DNA from: a virus | Reading direction: 5' to 3' (one strand) | Length of the DNA stretch: 64,000 nucleotides | IMG/VR virus record: IMGVR_UViG_3300045988_132703 | Part shown: positions 27,501-40,298 of the stretch, one piece after another | Numbering within the stretch: the stretch's first letter is position 1 | Layout: every line of letters begins with the position of its first letter | Notes under the pieces: generated by a model | The model's input: only the letters and a program-made list of their open reading frames with translations | What the model was told of the DNA's origin: nothing | The model's database searches: none | Program-made: the position numbers and the translations under genes

Positions 27501-30500
27501 AAACTTATGTTAGAAACGCTATTGCTGATACAGTTTTTGCAGATCCAGAAACTTTAGTTGCAGTTCAAAATGCAGGTAAAGAAATAATGGACAATCTTGC
27601 TAATGGGATGATAAGCGATAGTGAAGCATAGATTCAAATAGGAGACCTTTTAGGCGAATATCTTACTAATCCAGAATTGCTCAATAAAATTGGAGCAACA
27701 GAAGACGATGTACAGACAATGTCCGATGCATTAATTGAGTTAGCTTTAAACGAAGGTAATGCTCGAGATAATTTAGTTAGACTAAATTCATCTGTCCAAT
27801 AGTACGGTAATATTGCTAATAATTCTCGCCAGATTATAACTTGGAATAGTGAAGCGATTCAAAAATGGGGAGATGCTTTAGCAAGTTGGCAAATGAATGC
27901 CGACGAATTTGAAGGATCAATTTCTACTGCCCTTGGAAGTTTTGATTATATTAATGAAAATGGTTTCTCTGACGCTTCTAATGGTATAGCAATTGCTTTT
28001 ACTCCAATTTTAAATACCGATGATGGTCCAAAAGTCTTATCCAATAGCGAAATGAATAATTATTTGCAATAGATATATGCTAATGCAAATGGAGATGCCA
28101 ATAAACTATTGGAAGAAGACGCAAAAGGCGTCAAAATGGTCGTCAATAATCAGCTAGTTGAAGTTAAAAATATGCTAGCGGGTGCAGAAGGAGCTATTGT
28201 TGATGGAGTAAAAGAAACGGCTGAGGACTGTGCTGGAATGTCTGGAATGGCAGCAGAAGATATTAAAGCGCAATTTGGCGAAACTGGACGCTATGCAGAA
28301 GATTCTATGCACTAGGTTCAAGAAGCTTTTATTCGTGCCTAGGAAGCTCTTTCAGAAACTAATCCTTTCCTTGCAATGGCTCTATAGCTTATTATGCAAA
28401 TGTCTGGATTAGATTTTTCCTCTTTAGATGATGGATTAAACGATGCTGCTGATGCAGCAGATAATGCAACAAATGCAGTGTCTTCTTTAAAAACTTAGAT
28501 GTCAGAAGTTAGCAATGCGGCTTCTGATTTAAAAAATGCTGCAAGTGATCTTTCAGGAGTTGCAGATGCCTATAAAACATTAACTACTGCAATTAAAGAT
28601 TATAACGCTGATGGGAATATTACTCTTTCCAATCTTGAAAGTTTGCTTTCATTATCTCCAGAGTATCTTTCTTGTTTAGAGATGGAGAACGGTCAATTAT
28701 CTCTAAATACAGAAGGATTAAAAGGCATTGTTTTAATGCGAATCCAAGCTGCAAAAGCAGCTGCCTATCAATCAGCAATGGAGTAGATTCAAGCAATTAC
28801 AATGTCATCGTCTGCTACTGCTGCGAGTACAGCTGGTGAAGCAATTGCAGGAATGGAAGCTGCAACTTCAAATGCTGCAACGGCAATGTCTACAGCATCT
28901 AATACAGCAGCAACTTCAACTGGCACGATGGCTAATTTAGCTTAGTCTGGTTATACAGTAGCCGCGGGTTTTGACACTGCCGCATCTTCAGCTGCTAATT
29001 TTAATAATGTTTTAGCTAATAAATTAACTGAAGCAGGAACTGGTATTAAATATACAGCAGAAGATGTCGCAAGCATGATTGCTGGAGATATATCTGGGAT
29101 TACTGATGTTTTAGGGGATGCTGTTGGCGATGTAGTAACTGGTTTGCAAAGCCAACTCTCGATGCTTGACAATTTAGAGAATCAAGTCAATTCAATGGAT
29201 TTTGGTTCTTTTATTGGAAAGTATGGTGGTTCAAGCAAAGGTGGTTCTGGTGGTTCTGGCACTAAAGGTGCAACGGAAGCATCTAACGAATTAAAAAATG
29301 CACTTGAAGCGCAAAAGAAAGCTCTTTAGGAACAACAAAAAGAGCTTGAAAAATCTAAATCAGCAATTGAGGAATAGAAAAAAGCTCTTGAAGATCAAAA
29401 GAAAGCTCTTGAAGAAACTAACAAACAACTTCAAGAGAACTACAAACTTTATGTCGAGTTAATCAAGTCTCGCCTTAATGACGAAATCGACCGTCAGACC
29501 ACTCGCATCGAAGCCTTTTACGATGCAATCAAAGATACCATTCAATCCGAAATTGATTCTTTCAATGACCAACTCGATGCCCTTAAAAAGCAAGCTGATG
29601 AACTCAAATCTAAAGCCGACGAACTTCAAGATGCAGCAGACCAACAAGAGGATTCTCTCAACAAACTCTATGACGCTGCCCAAGCCTACTATGATGCTGC
29701 TCAAGATGGTCTCGATAATCAAATCGACTCTTACGATAAAGTAATTGACCGCAACAAAGAGCACATCGACCTCCTTAATGAGCAAAAAGACGCTATTCAA
29801 GACCAAATTGATGCACTTGATACTGCGGCTGATAGTGAATCAAAACTTCTTGCTCTTGAAAAAGCTCGTGATGCTTTAGCTAACGCTCGCAACCAAAAAA
29901 CCCGTATGGTTCTTACCAACGGTGGTTGGCGTTTACGTACTGATAAGTCCGAGATTTCTAATGCTCAATCTAATCTTGTATCTGCTCAGCGCGATTATTA
30001 GAAAGAAATTCTTGAACGCCAACAAAAGAAAATCGAGGAACAAACTGATGAAATCGAGAAACAGAACAATAATCTTGAAAATATTAAGTCTGACCTCGAA
30101 GACCAAAAAGACGCTCTCGATGATATTAAAGATCAATGGGATAAAGCTCAAGATGCTCTTGGCAAGACCACATCTGAACTTGAAGAATAGACTAATTTAA
30201 TTCGTCAATTCCAATATGGAAACGATGCAAGTCGTCAAGATCAACTTTCAAACTTTTCTGGACAAGTTTCAAATAATAATCAATAGCAACAAGCAGCGTC
30301 TGATGCAACTAACCGTGCAAATGAAGCATCTAATAAATATGACCAATAGAGTAATGAAGATGTCCAAGGTTCTATTGCTGAAGCTATTAAAAAACTCGAA
30401 GAACAGCAAAATCAAGCCGATGAAGCCTTAAAACAATATTTCGAGAATCAACTTTCAAATAATGCTGAAACTGCTCAAATTCAGCAAGAAATGAAAGATT

Positions 30501-31483
30501 TGATTAATCAAATGGTTAATGGCTAGATTGGTCAATTAGAGAATTTTGCATAGTTCTATGAAACAATTAATGGCGCGCTTGAACAAGCTAACACCAATGC
30601 AAGTCAAACGGCAGATTATATTAATAATATAAATGCTGCGATTGATCGCTATGATGAATGGTCTAATCGTTTAGATATGACCACTGATGAAATTAATCAG
30701 CGTCAAGCGATAATGAATGAAATCAATAATGCTACTCTTGGTTCTTTACTTGAAGGCGGTTCTACTTTTGGACAACTTCAAGGACAGTATGAGCAAATTG
30801 TTAGGAATAATGATGAAGCTGAAAGAATTCAAGATCAGATTGACGGACTTGATGAACAAGCTAATGTTATTCAAACATAGATTAATGCATTAAAAGAACA
30901 AGAAAATAAAATCTCTGAGCAAGAAAAAGAGTTAAGTAACGCTAATAGCAATAAAACTGCTAACGCTGCAAAAGCTGCTGGCAATACTGCTGCTTCTGGC
31001 GCAAAAGCTGCTGGCTCTGGTATTCGAACTAACGCAGATAAAAATACCGCTAGAATTATTGATGCCATTAATAGCAAAGATATTTCTGTTACAATTTAGG
31101 AAACATCTAAGGGTTCTGGTGGCGGTTCTGGAAAGTATCTAATGGCCAGGTATAATACTGGTGGCATGTTAGGGTTTTCTCATGGAGGAGTTGATGATGT
31201 TACAACTGTTGCGGCTGTGCATGGTTCTAAAAATCGTCCCGAACTTGTCCTCAACAATTCTCAATCAGCTGCTTTGTTCAAATACATAGACAGTATGACA
31301 AGGATTCCTACTTTATCTTCAGCAGGAAGTGCTCGAAATGCTCTTATGGGCTTCGGCACAACCAATAATACAAACAACAACGGAACTAATTTCACTAATT
31401 GTGAATTTAATGTTGAGAGTAATGCTGATAACTTAGACTCCTTGGTTCAAGACTTGAAACAAAGCGCTTCAATTAGGAGATAA
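24521..31483 (+). CDS. tail tape measure protein (2320 aa, dozens of TAG as sense)
   Basis: RBS GAGGTGA. Track ORFs 25772.., 26297.., 28109.., 28499.., 29075.., 30677.. and 31142..31483 all share the frame of the ATG at 24521, and there is no TAA or TGA in that frame. The core ...LSAISAVSG...MNAFGMEGDDAASVVDVFANMAGRTATDVEELATAMARTASIAKNAGMSFEQTTAFIATMEE... is the canonical tape-measure region. The flanks are long coiled coils and hydrophobic segments. Confidence 0.85.
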
Positions 31484-31488
31484 TATAT

Positions 31489-31527
31489 TAAAGCTTTACT
31501 CTAAATGGGTAAAGCTTTTATTTTTTT
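31489..31527 (+). terminator. Rho-independent terminator after the tape measure gene
   Basis: Hairpin TAAAGCTTTAC...GTAAAGCTTTA is followed by a T-run. Confidence 0.6.
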
Positions 31528-31541
31528 ATTGAGGTGGACAA

Positions 31542-34500
31542 ATGATTAGAGAACCATATAATGTAAGTCCATATAATGAAGCTAAGGATTTAAGTCAAAA
31601 TCCTTAGTTCTCTTTTACTTTTGGCGGCGACGCGCTTGTTGGTTACGATTATAAAATTTTAGATAATAGTAATAAAAATAATATTCTAAAAGATTGGAGT
31701 TCAGTTGCTTCGACTGTTACTGGAGAAAATATAAAATATTTGCCCACTATTGATTCTGGAGCAGTTGCTATACCAACAACTCAATTAGGACAAACTGTTA
31801 CTATATATAATGATGAAGATTATTATTTTGATTGCGCAAATATATTAAATTCTGATCTTTATACTAATAAAGGTTTGGTCTGGAAATTGCGTTTATTTGA
31901 AGATAATACTACTCCATCAAATATTATTCAATCCGGTGAAATCATAAATGTTTTGTCCTTACAAGATGACGAAGCCATTGTAAAAGGAACTATTACTGGT
32001 TTACTTGAAGAATCAGACTCTTATGTTTTTAAGAATAACCCCAACTATTCTCCAACTCTTTATCCTGACCCAAATGACGAAAGCCAAAATATAGAAGGAT
32101 ATATTCCAGATAGATGGACAAGAAATGTTTTAAAAATAGGACAAAATTCTTTTCCAATTAACGATTATGAGACTCATACGGAGCAATATTATAATACTCA
32201 AAAACCAGATACTTATTTTGTAGGAACAAAAGCAATAGGTAACGGTAATTCAGAAGTTTATTATACACCTGTCAAAAATTTAAGTTACTATACTTATAAT
32301 TATTCTTATGATGCGAGTAATAAGACTTATCAATGTATTGCCTCAAGTCACGCATCTGCTTCTACTCTTGTTAGAAGTAATATTTCTGGCATTGTTGAAA
32401 ATGCAATAGTAAAAGATTCTACTGGCGCGATTGTATCTATTTCAGACAAAGTTACCGGACGAGATTTATTTAATGCAACAAATAATAATAAATCTATTTC
32501 CTATTCTCTAGGCAGCACATCTATAGTTACTGAACAAGTTACAAATAATGGAGTATAGGATATTGTAAATGCCACTTATGACATTGTTTGGGGTTCAACA
32601 GGAGAAAATAAAAAGAATAGTAATTTATATAATTTTACTGTAAAGCAAGAAATAACTTCCTATGATTCCAACGGCGCGCCAATCGTTACAGAAAACATTC
32701 TTACTGGTACTCGTTCTTTACTCGGAATGAGCAATTTACTTTATATTGACGCAAAAACGGGTAGTTATCGTAATGGTTCTTCTTATCTCACAGAAGAAGA
32801 AATTGCGGCAATTTAGGGCAAAGCATTAGCAAGTACAACTATTGATTTACTTAACAGTTCAACTTATTCTACTTTAAGTGAAGAAGATATTGATTTTAAT
32901 AAAGATAACGAAACTACAATTTATACTGTAGAATTAGAAGATGAAAAAATTCAATATAATAAAACTACTTCTACTAATGAAATACTTACTCGTGAAAAAG
33001 CGAAAAAGAAAGGAATTATTGATAAAAATGCAGCTGATATTTTAATTATTTTAAGTTCAACAGATTCTTCTGTTGATTCATCAAATACTTTTTTTACCTA
33101 TGATGAAATTTCTAATATCAAAGATTCAGATTACGGATTATATACTTTGGGACGAGGATTGTCTGATGATAAATTAAGTTTAATTAGTCCTAAAGATTCA
33201 ATTAATCAAATTGGTGAATTAACTGGTAATTAGGTTCTTTATTTTACTGTCTTAAATAATTATTATGATAGTAATTATTACTATTTTACTAATTAGAAAT
33301 AGCCAGATATAAATTTTTAGATTAATGATGTCCCATATTACTCTTTTTTAGCTTATTCTGAATAGATTGCTGCGGGTAATAAACCTACCTCTTCTGAACA
33401 CGGATTATTAAATCATTTTACTTTTTAGAAGTCAAAAACTCAGATTTTACCTTTGTCAAATTCGTCTGTTGGTTCTGAAGACAATCCGCTAGTAACCTTG
33501 CAGAGATTTTTCCCTATTGTTTCTTCTCTTGCGGGAATGCCTTATAATTTTAAATATTACAAATTTAAAATTCAAGGTGGAACAATCAATGAAAAAGGTA
33601 CGGTTATTTATAATAGTGCTCCTCTTTATGAGTCGGGAAAAATCTTCTCTCGTAGTATTTTAATTGATTATAATAATTATGTCACCGATTATGATAGATA
33701 TAGAATAGAATTAATGTTAGCTACCTCTGAAAATGGTTTCTATTATTATTATACTTATTTATATCCTACAATTGATATGTTCCAAGACGATGAAAAAGAC
33801 GACCATTTTGCTTCTGTTTCTTACGATGAAGAAAAAGGAGCGGCAAAAATTTCTTGGACTAAAGATAACGCTTATCCTCCAGCATTAAAAGGAGTAGAAA
33901 TTACTGAATATGGTACTTATATCACCAATGGTAAAAAATTCCCATTAAAAGCATATAAGATTTCAAAAGATGGGTATATAACTTACTATCATAAAGGTAG
34001 TGAAATTTTAAATATTAATCCACTTCATGATTTTCAAATTAGTTTTACTATTGATAAGGTTTTAAAAGGACTAGACAAAATAACTATCGATCCTCTTATA
34101 GCTTTTAATAACACTCAAAATGCAACTGTCATTAGTCTTTCAGTAGAAGATAATATAATTGAATTAATGGAAGATAATGTTACAATCAAATCTTCTAAAA
34201 ATACAATTATTGAAACTGTTCAATCTTTTATTGATTGGGATGATGATGATACACACAAAAATCAAATTTTCCAATATCGTCTACCAGAAGCTACAAATAA
34301 AACAGAAGATGTTTTATTACCAACCAATGGTGTTCTCGCGCCAACAGAACAAAACTTATCTAAGTACTGTTTCCACTTTTATTTATTCCCCTGGTCTACA
34401 AAAGGCTCAAATGAAGCAAAAGCTTCTTATAAAATTACTCGTTTTTATAATGTAGACAGTTGTGCGACAAATGAACTAATCATGGAATCTGAAGATGAAT

Positions 34501-35852
34501 GGCGTTTAGGTTTCTATGGCGAAGGCGCAGGTAATAATGCGGATTTAAGCAATGGCAGTAATAATTTACCATCTGGCCCAACCAAAACTAATTTTGATAC
34601 TTCAAAGTACATTTCTGTTTCTTATCTCTTAAGCGGCGGACGTCCCACTTCCCAAATGTTAAATGGTTTAAGTAAAATTAATCTCTATGGCGAAGTTCTT
34701 TATTATGGAATTTTAGATATTAACCGCCGAGGCATAATTGCAAGTGAAGATAATTTTATTTTAAATTTTAATGATAGTAATGTTGGATTTTCTTCTTTAT
34801 CGCGCGAAGTATACGGTTATAGAATTTTCCGCAATGTTTATGAAAATGACAATGTAAATAGTAGAGATATAGCTCTTGATTTTATGCGCCAAATGGATAC
34901 TGTTTATGCTTCTATCTGTGGTGCAATTACACTAGATGATTCAAACCATAGTCCTCTTGGTAAATATGAAAATATTGTCGATACCGCAACTTATGTTCAA
35001 GGCTGGGATGAAAATGGAAATGCTATCGGATATATTCGTGGAGCAGATTTAAGAGCATTAGTAAATGATAGTTTCACCGATTTAAGACAGGCGATGGATG
35101 AATATTTTGCAGGAAAAGATTTAAGTTTTAATTTTAATACTGAGCCTTTTGATGAAATTTATAGCTTACTTGACGGCATTCAAACTCCTAACATGATTGC
35201 TAATGATATGATTGCGGACATTAATATTTTTAATTATACAATATCGGAAGAAGCTGGACAATATTATATCTATGATTATAACATTCCAAGTAATGGCTAT
35301 TTTAGATATTAGATTGTTCCTTTATTAAGAGATAAAACTTATAATGTTTTAATCGCCAAAACTAACAATAATGGTGAAACCATTATTTATATAGATGATG
35401 AACAATGGCATATGACTGACATAAAGAAACGTGCTGACGGTAGTTATGCTCCCGGCGATACTTGGAATTTCCTTTTAGGAGTCCAGAGTGCGCAATATAC
35501 TCAAAACTTTACAAAAACTCTTCAAACTGGTTTTGCCCCATATCCTAAAGTCATGACCAGTATGGCTAATTACAAGACAACTCAATTTACTGGTTATTTA
35601 GGTAAATTTAGTTTTAGAAATGGTGGCTCTAACGTATATGAAGATACCATCGATCGTATTGAAAAATGGAATGAATTTGCATATGCACGCAATCAAATTT
35701 TAGTCAAAGATCCAAAAGGTCACGTTTTCATTGCCGCAATTTCTGCAACCTCTGACATTAGCGATGCAGCAATTCCAGAAATGCCAACTCAAGTTACCTG
35801 CACCTTAACTCAAGTTGGAGATATTGATTCGTTTAAGGTATATTCTCTGTGA
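31542..35852 (+). CDS. giant tail-tip/distal tail protein (1436 aa if all TAG are sense)
   Basis: RBS GAGGTGG. Track ORFs 31740..32558, 33453..35312 and 35412..35852 share one frame. There are only TAG codons between them and no SD before 35412. It stops at TGA 35850-35852. Confidence 0.55.
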
Positions 35853-35861
35853 GGTGTTCAA

Positions 35862-37085
35862 ATGGAATATTTTAACTACACAGGGAAGGAGTATAGAGTA
35901 GCGGTTCAATCTGCTACTTTATATCCCGTTATAAAGGTTGAACTACTTGATTAGTTTGAAAATGCTTACGCCGAAATTTCAGAAGAAATTACAGATAATA
36001 GTGGCTCAATTCAGTCAACTTTATAGCAAGGAGTTCGTAATACAGTTTCTTTTTCTATTTTTGATCCAGCGGGAAAATTTATTCCAGATGCAAATAATAA
36101 TTTGTTTTGGGTTAGAAAAAAATTTAAATTATATGTCGGACTTGCGACTGAACAAAAAGCAATTTAGCTTAATGGTCAAACCACTGGAATTTCTGGAGAT
36201 ATATTTTGGTTTTCTAAAGGCGTTTACATCATTACTGATATAAGCGCGCAAAAAGATAGTTCTGGCAATCAGACAATTTCTTTTACTGGCGTTGACAAAT
36301 ATGGAGCTTTTACTAACGATACTGGTTATGGCGAAATGATTGGAACTTTTTCTTTTGATATAGGAATGTCAATCTCTTATGTCATTAAAAATGTTCTTAA
36401 ACAAGATATTGGTAATGGTCAAATGCTTGATCCTCTTGAACCAATTATTGATCCAGACCTTCAAGAATATAAACTTCAACTTGCTTTTAGTAAAGGTCCC
36501 GGCTCTTATATTGGAGACCTCTTAAATGATTTAGCTACTACTCTTCATGCTGATATTTATTATGACATGGATGGACATTTGAATGTCAAAAAGTCATTAA
36601 ATTTTGATGAATATAAAAATGTCCAAAATCAATGGGATTTTACAGAAGGAAGTGCAGAGTATATCTCTGCGCAAGTAAATTATTAGTTAAAAAATATTGC
36701 TAATTATATTTATGTAATTGGTGATAATCCTCTTGGGGGACAAATTCCTGTCGCAATAGCTGAAAACAATGACGCTCGCTCACCATTAAGTATCGCAAAA
36801 ATAGGACGTAAATCTCGTTATATCGAGAAAAGTACTATTTATTCTCAATAGGAAGCTGAAGATTATGCACAATATATTTTAAAAACCGCTTGTCTTTTAG
36901 GTAATCAAATTTCTTTTACTTGTACTTTAATTCCTAGTCTTGAACTTGATAATACTTTTTCTTTAACAGATTCTTACTATCAATATGATAGACAAGAATT
37001 TATTATTACTGCAATTACTTATCCTATTGGCGTTGGTACAATGTCTATCAGCGGCAGTAGCATAAAAGAATTACCGGAGAATTGA
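35862..37085 (+). CDS. tail-associated/baseplate hub-like protein (407 aa, 5 TAG)
   Basis: RBS GAGGTG. It is in frame with track ORF 36336..36686. Its position and the ...ISFTGVDKYGAF... region are reminiscent of siphophage tail-tip (Tal N-terminal) proteins. Confidence 0.5.
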
Positions 37086-37087
37086 TT

Positions 37088-37654
37088 ATGGCTTTAAATA
37101 AGTATGGAAGATAGATTATTGAAGTAATAGATTAGAGAATTGATTCCTATATAAAAGAATCAAAAATTACAGTCCGTTATATTGGGCAAATAAAAGAAGT
37201 TCTTGGAAATAATAGATATAGAGTATAGCTTGTTGGCTATGATACTATTTACACTTTTCCCGCACGCCCCTATGTTGATTCGATTGTAAATGATTATGTT
37301 TATATTGAAAGCAAAGCTGGAAATATTGATAATGGTATAATTATTGATAAATTAAATGGTAGTTATGGTTATATTTACAATGCCAATGGTTCAGTAGACC
37401 AAGATTTAAATAGTCAAGGCGCAATGTTAAAATCAGTTTATGACAGAGACAACAATGGTATCGTAGATAATGCAACTCGTGTTAATAATCATACAGTTCA
37501 ATCTGATGTTCCAGCCAACGCGCAATTTACAGATACTACCGATGCTTCCGGTATCCGTATGGCAAATGGGCAAACTGTTGAGCAAATTATTAATTCTATA
37601 AGCGCCGCTGTAGGCAACAGCGATTCTATTGACGAAGGCTTTTACTATAATTAA
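37088..37654 (+). CDS. tail fibre/spike-like protein (188 aa, 3 TAG)
   Basis: It is in frame with track ORF 37424..37654. It has the motif KSVYDRDNNGIVDNA, which recurs in phage tail fibre proteins. Confidence 0.5.
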
Positions 37655-37660
37655 AATTAA

Positions 37661-37692
37661 AATAAGGGTCAAATTTCTGATCCTTATTTTTT
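37661..37692 (+). terminator. Rho-independent terminator
   Basis: Hairpin AATAAGGGTCA...TGATCCTTATT is followed by a T-run. Confidence 0.6.
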
Positions 37693-37773
37693 TTAAATTT
37701 CATTGGCAAATTTTGCCAAAATTTTATAATTCTCAATTAGGCTTTTCGCTTTATAGATGAAGGGGTGAGATAG

Positions 37774-37995
37774 ATGAATGATAAATTTCTTGATGCAATG
37801 ATTGAGCAAAGTATTCAAATGATGACCGATGCTTGTCATGGAAAAACATTAAGCAAAGATGAAATGGCATTTATTATTGCTACACAAAAAGCAGAAGATA
37901 AAAGAAAACGTGCTCAAATACTACCAAATTTGATTAAAAATTCTCAAAATATTTTACCACTAATTAATTCATTATTTGGCGGTGGAGGTAATTAA
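37774..37995 (+). CDS. hypothetical small protein (73 aa)
   Basis: Track ORF with RBS GGGGTGAG. Confidence 0.5.
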   Translation: MNDKFLDAMIEQSIQMMTDACHGKTLSKDEMAFIIATQKAEDKRKRAQILPNLIKNSQNILPLINSLFGGGGN

Positions 37996-38486
37996 TGAAT
38001 AATCTTTATCAGAATATGCAAGGATAGCAATTTAATCCTGCGACAATATCTTCTATACCCTATAAACCTATTACTTTTGAAAAATTATCTAATGTAATTG
38101 GAATGACTTATAATTTATCTGCCATTGAAAATATGAACACTATTTCTCTTCCTCGCGGTGGAGAACAACAAATTTTCTTTGTTAATAACGACGATAGAAT
38201 TTATACGCGAGCTTTTGACAACAGCATTGGCATTATTGCCTATAAACAGGACTATGTTGAAAGACTTCAAAAAGAATTAAATGAAGCACAATCCCAATTA
38301 CACGAAATTTTTGAATCAGTTACTCAAAATGAACAAAGTAATGAAACTTCTCCTTTTGAAGAAAGACTTTCAAAAGTAGAGCAACAATTAAATGAACTAA
38401 TATCTAAACAGGAGGTTGTTTCTAATGAACATCCAGAATCTAATAAAGCTATGGCCGCAATATCAAAATTGGCTGAAACAAAATAA
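37995..38486 (+). CDS. hypothetical coiled-coil protein (163 aa, 1 TAG)
   Basis: The TAATG overlap gives the start. It is in frame with track ORF 38103..38486. Confidence 0.5.
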
Positions 38487-38739
38487 TATTACTCCTAATA
38501 ATATCCAATAGAAGATTCCAGAATTTGTTCAATAGGTACGACAAAATCCTGAAGATTCAAAGCGCTTAGATTCCTATTTGTCTAATCCAAATTTGACAAA
38601 AATTGCCAAATCATAGTTTAATTTAACTGATGATTAGATAAATAAAATTAAAGAAGTTGCAGGCGTAAATCAAACACCAGTAGGTTCTGGAAATTTAACT
38701 CCAGAACAATTAAATTTAATTAAAAAGTTTAGAAAGTAA
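38425..38739 (+). CDS. hypothetical protein (104 aa, 4 TAG)
   Basis: RBS GGAGG lies 9 nt before the ATG at 38425. The frame is open except for TAG until TAA 38737-38739. It overlaps the previous gene by 62 nt. Confidence 0.4.
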
Positions 38740-38795
38740 GTGCGCATTAACCGACTAAACTTTAAATAAATAAAATTTTTAAGGAGGATTCATTT

Positions 38796-39515
38796 ATGGA
38801 TTCTATTGGCTTAGGCGACATTCTTGCTGTTATGAACCAAAAAGATAATGACGGTTATGGTTGGGGTGGCTCTTGGTTTTGGGTTATTATCCTTTTCTTC
38901 TTCTTTGCTTTCTTTGGTCGCGGATTCGGTGGCTATGGAGATTCTGGTGCATTAACTCGCGCGGAACTTTATGACGGTTTAAACTATACTCAATTGCAGA
39001 ATGGCATTCGTGAAAATCAATCTACTATGCGCGAAGGCTTTTATGACAATGGTATGAACAATATGCAAGGTTTTAATGTAATCCAGAAAGACTTATGTCA
39101 AGGCTTTAACAGCGTAAATTCTAATATAAGTCAAGGATTTGATGCTGTATCAGCACAAATGGCTCAATTAGGCTATCAGCAATAGAGCTGCTGCTGTGAC
39201 ATTGAACGTTCTATTGATAATGTTCGCGCAGAAAATTATAAGAACACTTGCGAAATTACTAATGCTATTCATTGTGAAGGAGAGCAAACTCGCGCATTAA
39301 TTAATGCTAATACTATGCAAGAACTTCGCGATCGTTTAGCAGATCGTGATCGCGATTTGCTTACTGCTAACTTCCAGCTCAGCCAGCAAGCCCAGAGTGC
39401 TAACATTATTAGTACTCTCCGCCCATTCCCACAACCAGCTTATATTACTTGCTCTCCTTATGAAAGCGTATATGGTAATGGCTGTGCTCACGTGAATGCT
39501 GGTTGCGGCATCTAA
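38796..39515 (+). CDS. single-pass membrane protein with Cys-rich C-terminal part (239 aa, 1 TAG)
   Basis: RBS AAGGAGGA. Track ORFs 38796..39185 and 39315..39515 are in frame. The transmembrane segment is WFWVIILFFFFAFFG. The C-terminus has CCCD...C...C...CSPYESVYGNGCAHVNAGCGI. Confidence 0.55.
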
Positions 39516-39534
39516 TTATTAAAGGAGGAATAAC

Positions 39535-39945
39535 ATGGTAAATAGTTATACTAATACCAGTGTCGCTGTTGCTAGTAACGCAGCTATTCCTTTTGTTAAT
39601 AATAGATATGTAGTTGGTTGTGGAACCAGTCATACAGCTGGTTCTCCAACCGTTACTTTAAGGAAAACTGGATATTATTTAGTTAATTTCAGTGGTGTTT
39701 TAAGTGCAGCTAGTACTGGTTTAGTCTCAACTCAATTATATAATAATGGAGTTGCAATTCCTGGTGCGCTAAGCTCTATAACAATTGACACCGCTGGAAG
39801 TCTTAAAAATGTTTCTTTCTCAACAATAGTAAGAGTTCTAAATTCTTGTGCTTGCATAGACAATACAGCTAATCTGACAGTTGTTAATACTGGATTAGAA
39901 GCTACTTATTCTGATGCTGAAATTACTATCGTAAGATTGAATTAA
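39535..39945 (+). CDS. BclA-C-terminal / C1q-TNF-like jelly-roll domain protein (136 aa)
   Basis: RBS AAAGGAGGA. The pattern IPF-x-NN...G-x(4)-T-x(3)-TGYYLVNFSG...VRVL...LTVVNTG...ITIVRL resembles exosporium BclA C-terminal domains. This was recognised by eye only. Confidence 0.45.
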   Translation: MVNSYTNTSVAVASNAAIPFVNNRYVVGCGTSHTAGSPTVTLRKTGYYLVNFSGVLSAASTGLVSTQLYNNGVAIPGALSSITIDTAGSLKNVSFSTIVRVLNSCACIDNTANLTVVNTGLEATYSDAEITIVRLN

Positions 39946-39956
39946 GGAGTGTTACT

Positions 39957-40253
39957 ATGGAAATAGAAGCTCTGTTAAAAACAATGATGGATGAGCTAAA
40001 AGACGCATAGATGATGTATGATTATGCTTGTGGTTCTAAAAAATACGGCCATGATGACCTTATGACTTTTTATATCACTCGCGCAGAACAACGTTTAAAA
40101 ATGTTTGATGAAGATCATGCTATCATTCTTCGTGAAATAGGCAAGAAAGAAAAAGAAGGATATTTCGCAAAGGAAGGGAAATGGGATTATCTTTATGACT
40201 ATTACATGGATCAAAAATGCGATTTAGCTAATAAAGTCAAAAATTTTAAATAA
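39957..40253 (+). CDS. hypothetical protein (98 aa, 1 TAG)
   Basis: RBS AAGGAG. The ATG at 39957 is in frame with track ORF 40011..40253. Confidence 0.5.
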
Positions 40254-40261
40254 ATAAAAAA

Positions 40262-40291
40262 AGAGAGAGGACTCTTAATTGAGTCCTCTCT
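40262..40291. terminator. bidirectional terminator at the convergence of modules 2 and 3
   Basis: Hairpin AGAGAGAGGACTC-TTAATT-GAGTCCTCTCT is flanked by an A-run on the left and a T-run on the right. Confidence 0.75.
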
Positions 40292-40298
40292 TTTCGTT

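Noticed and set aside
7886-40253. The TAG-delimited ORF pieces in the late region might be separate small genes or a degraded prophage.
   Set aside because: The pieces are always in the same frame and lack their own SD or start codon. The junction codon is always TAG and never TAA or TGA. The joined products are recognisable full-length phage proteins.
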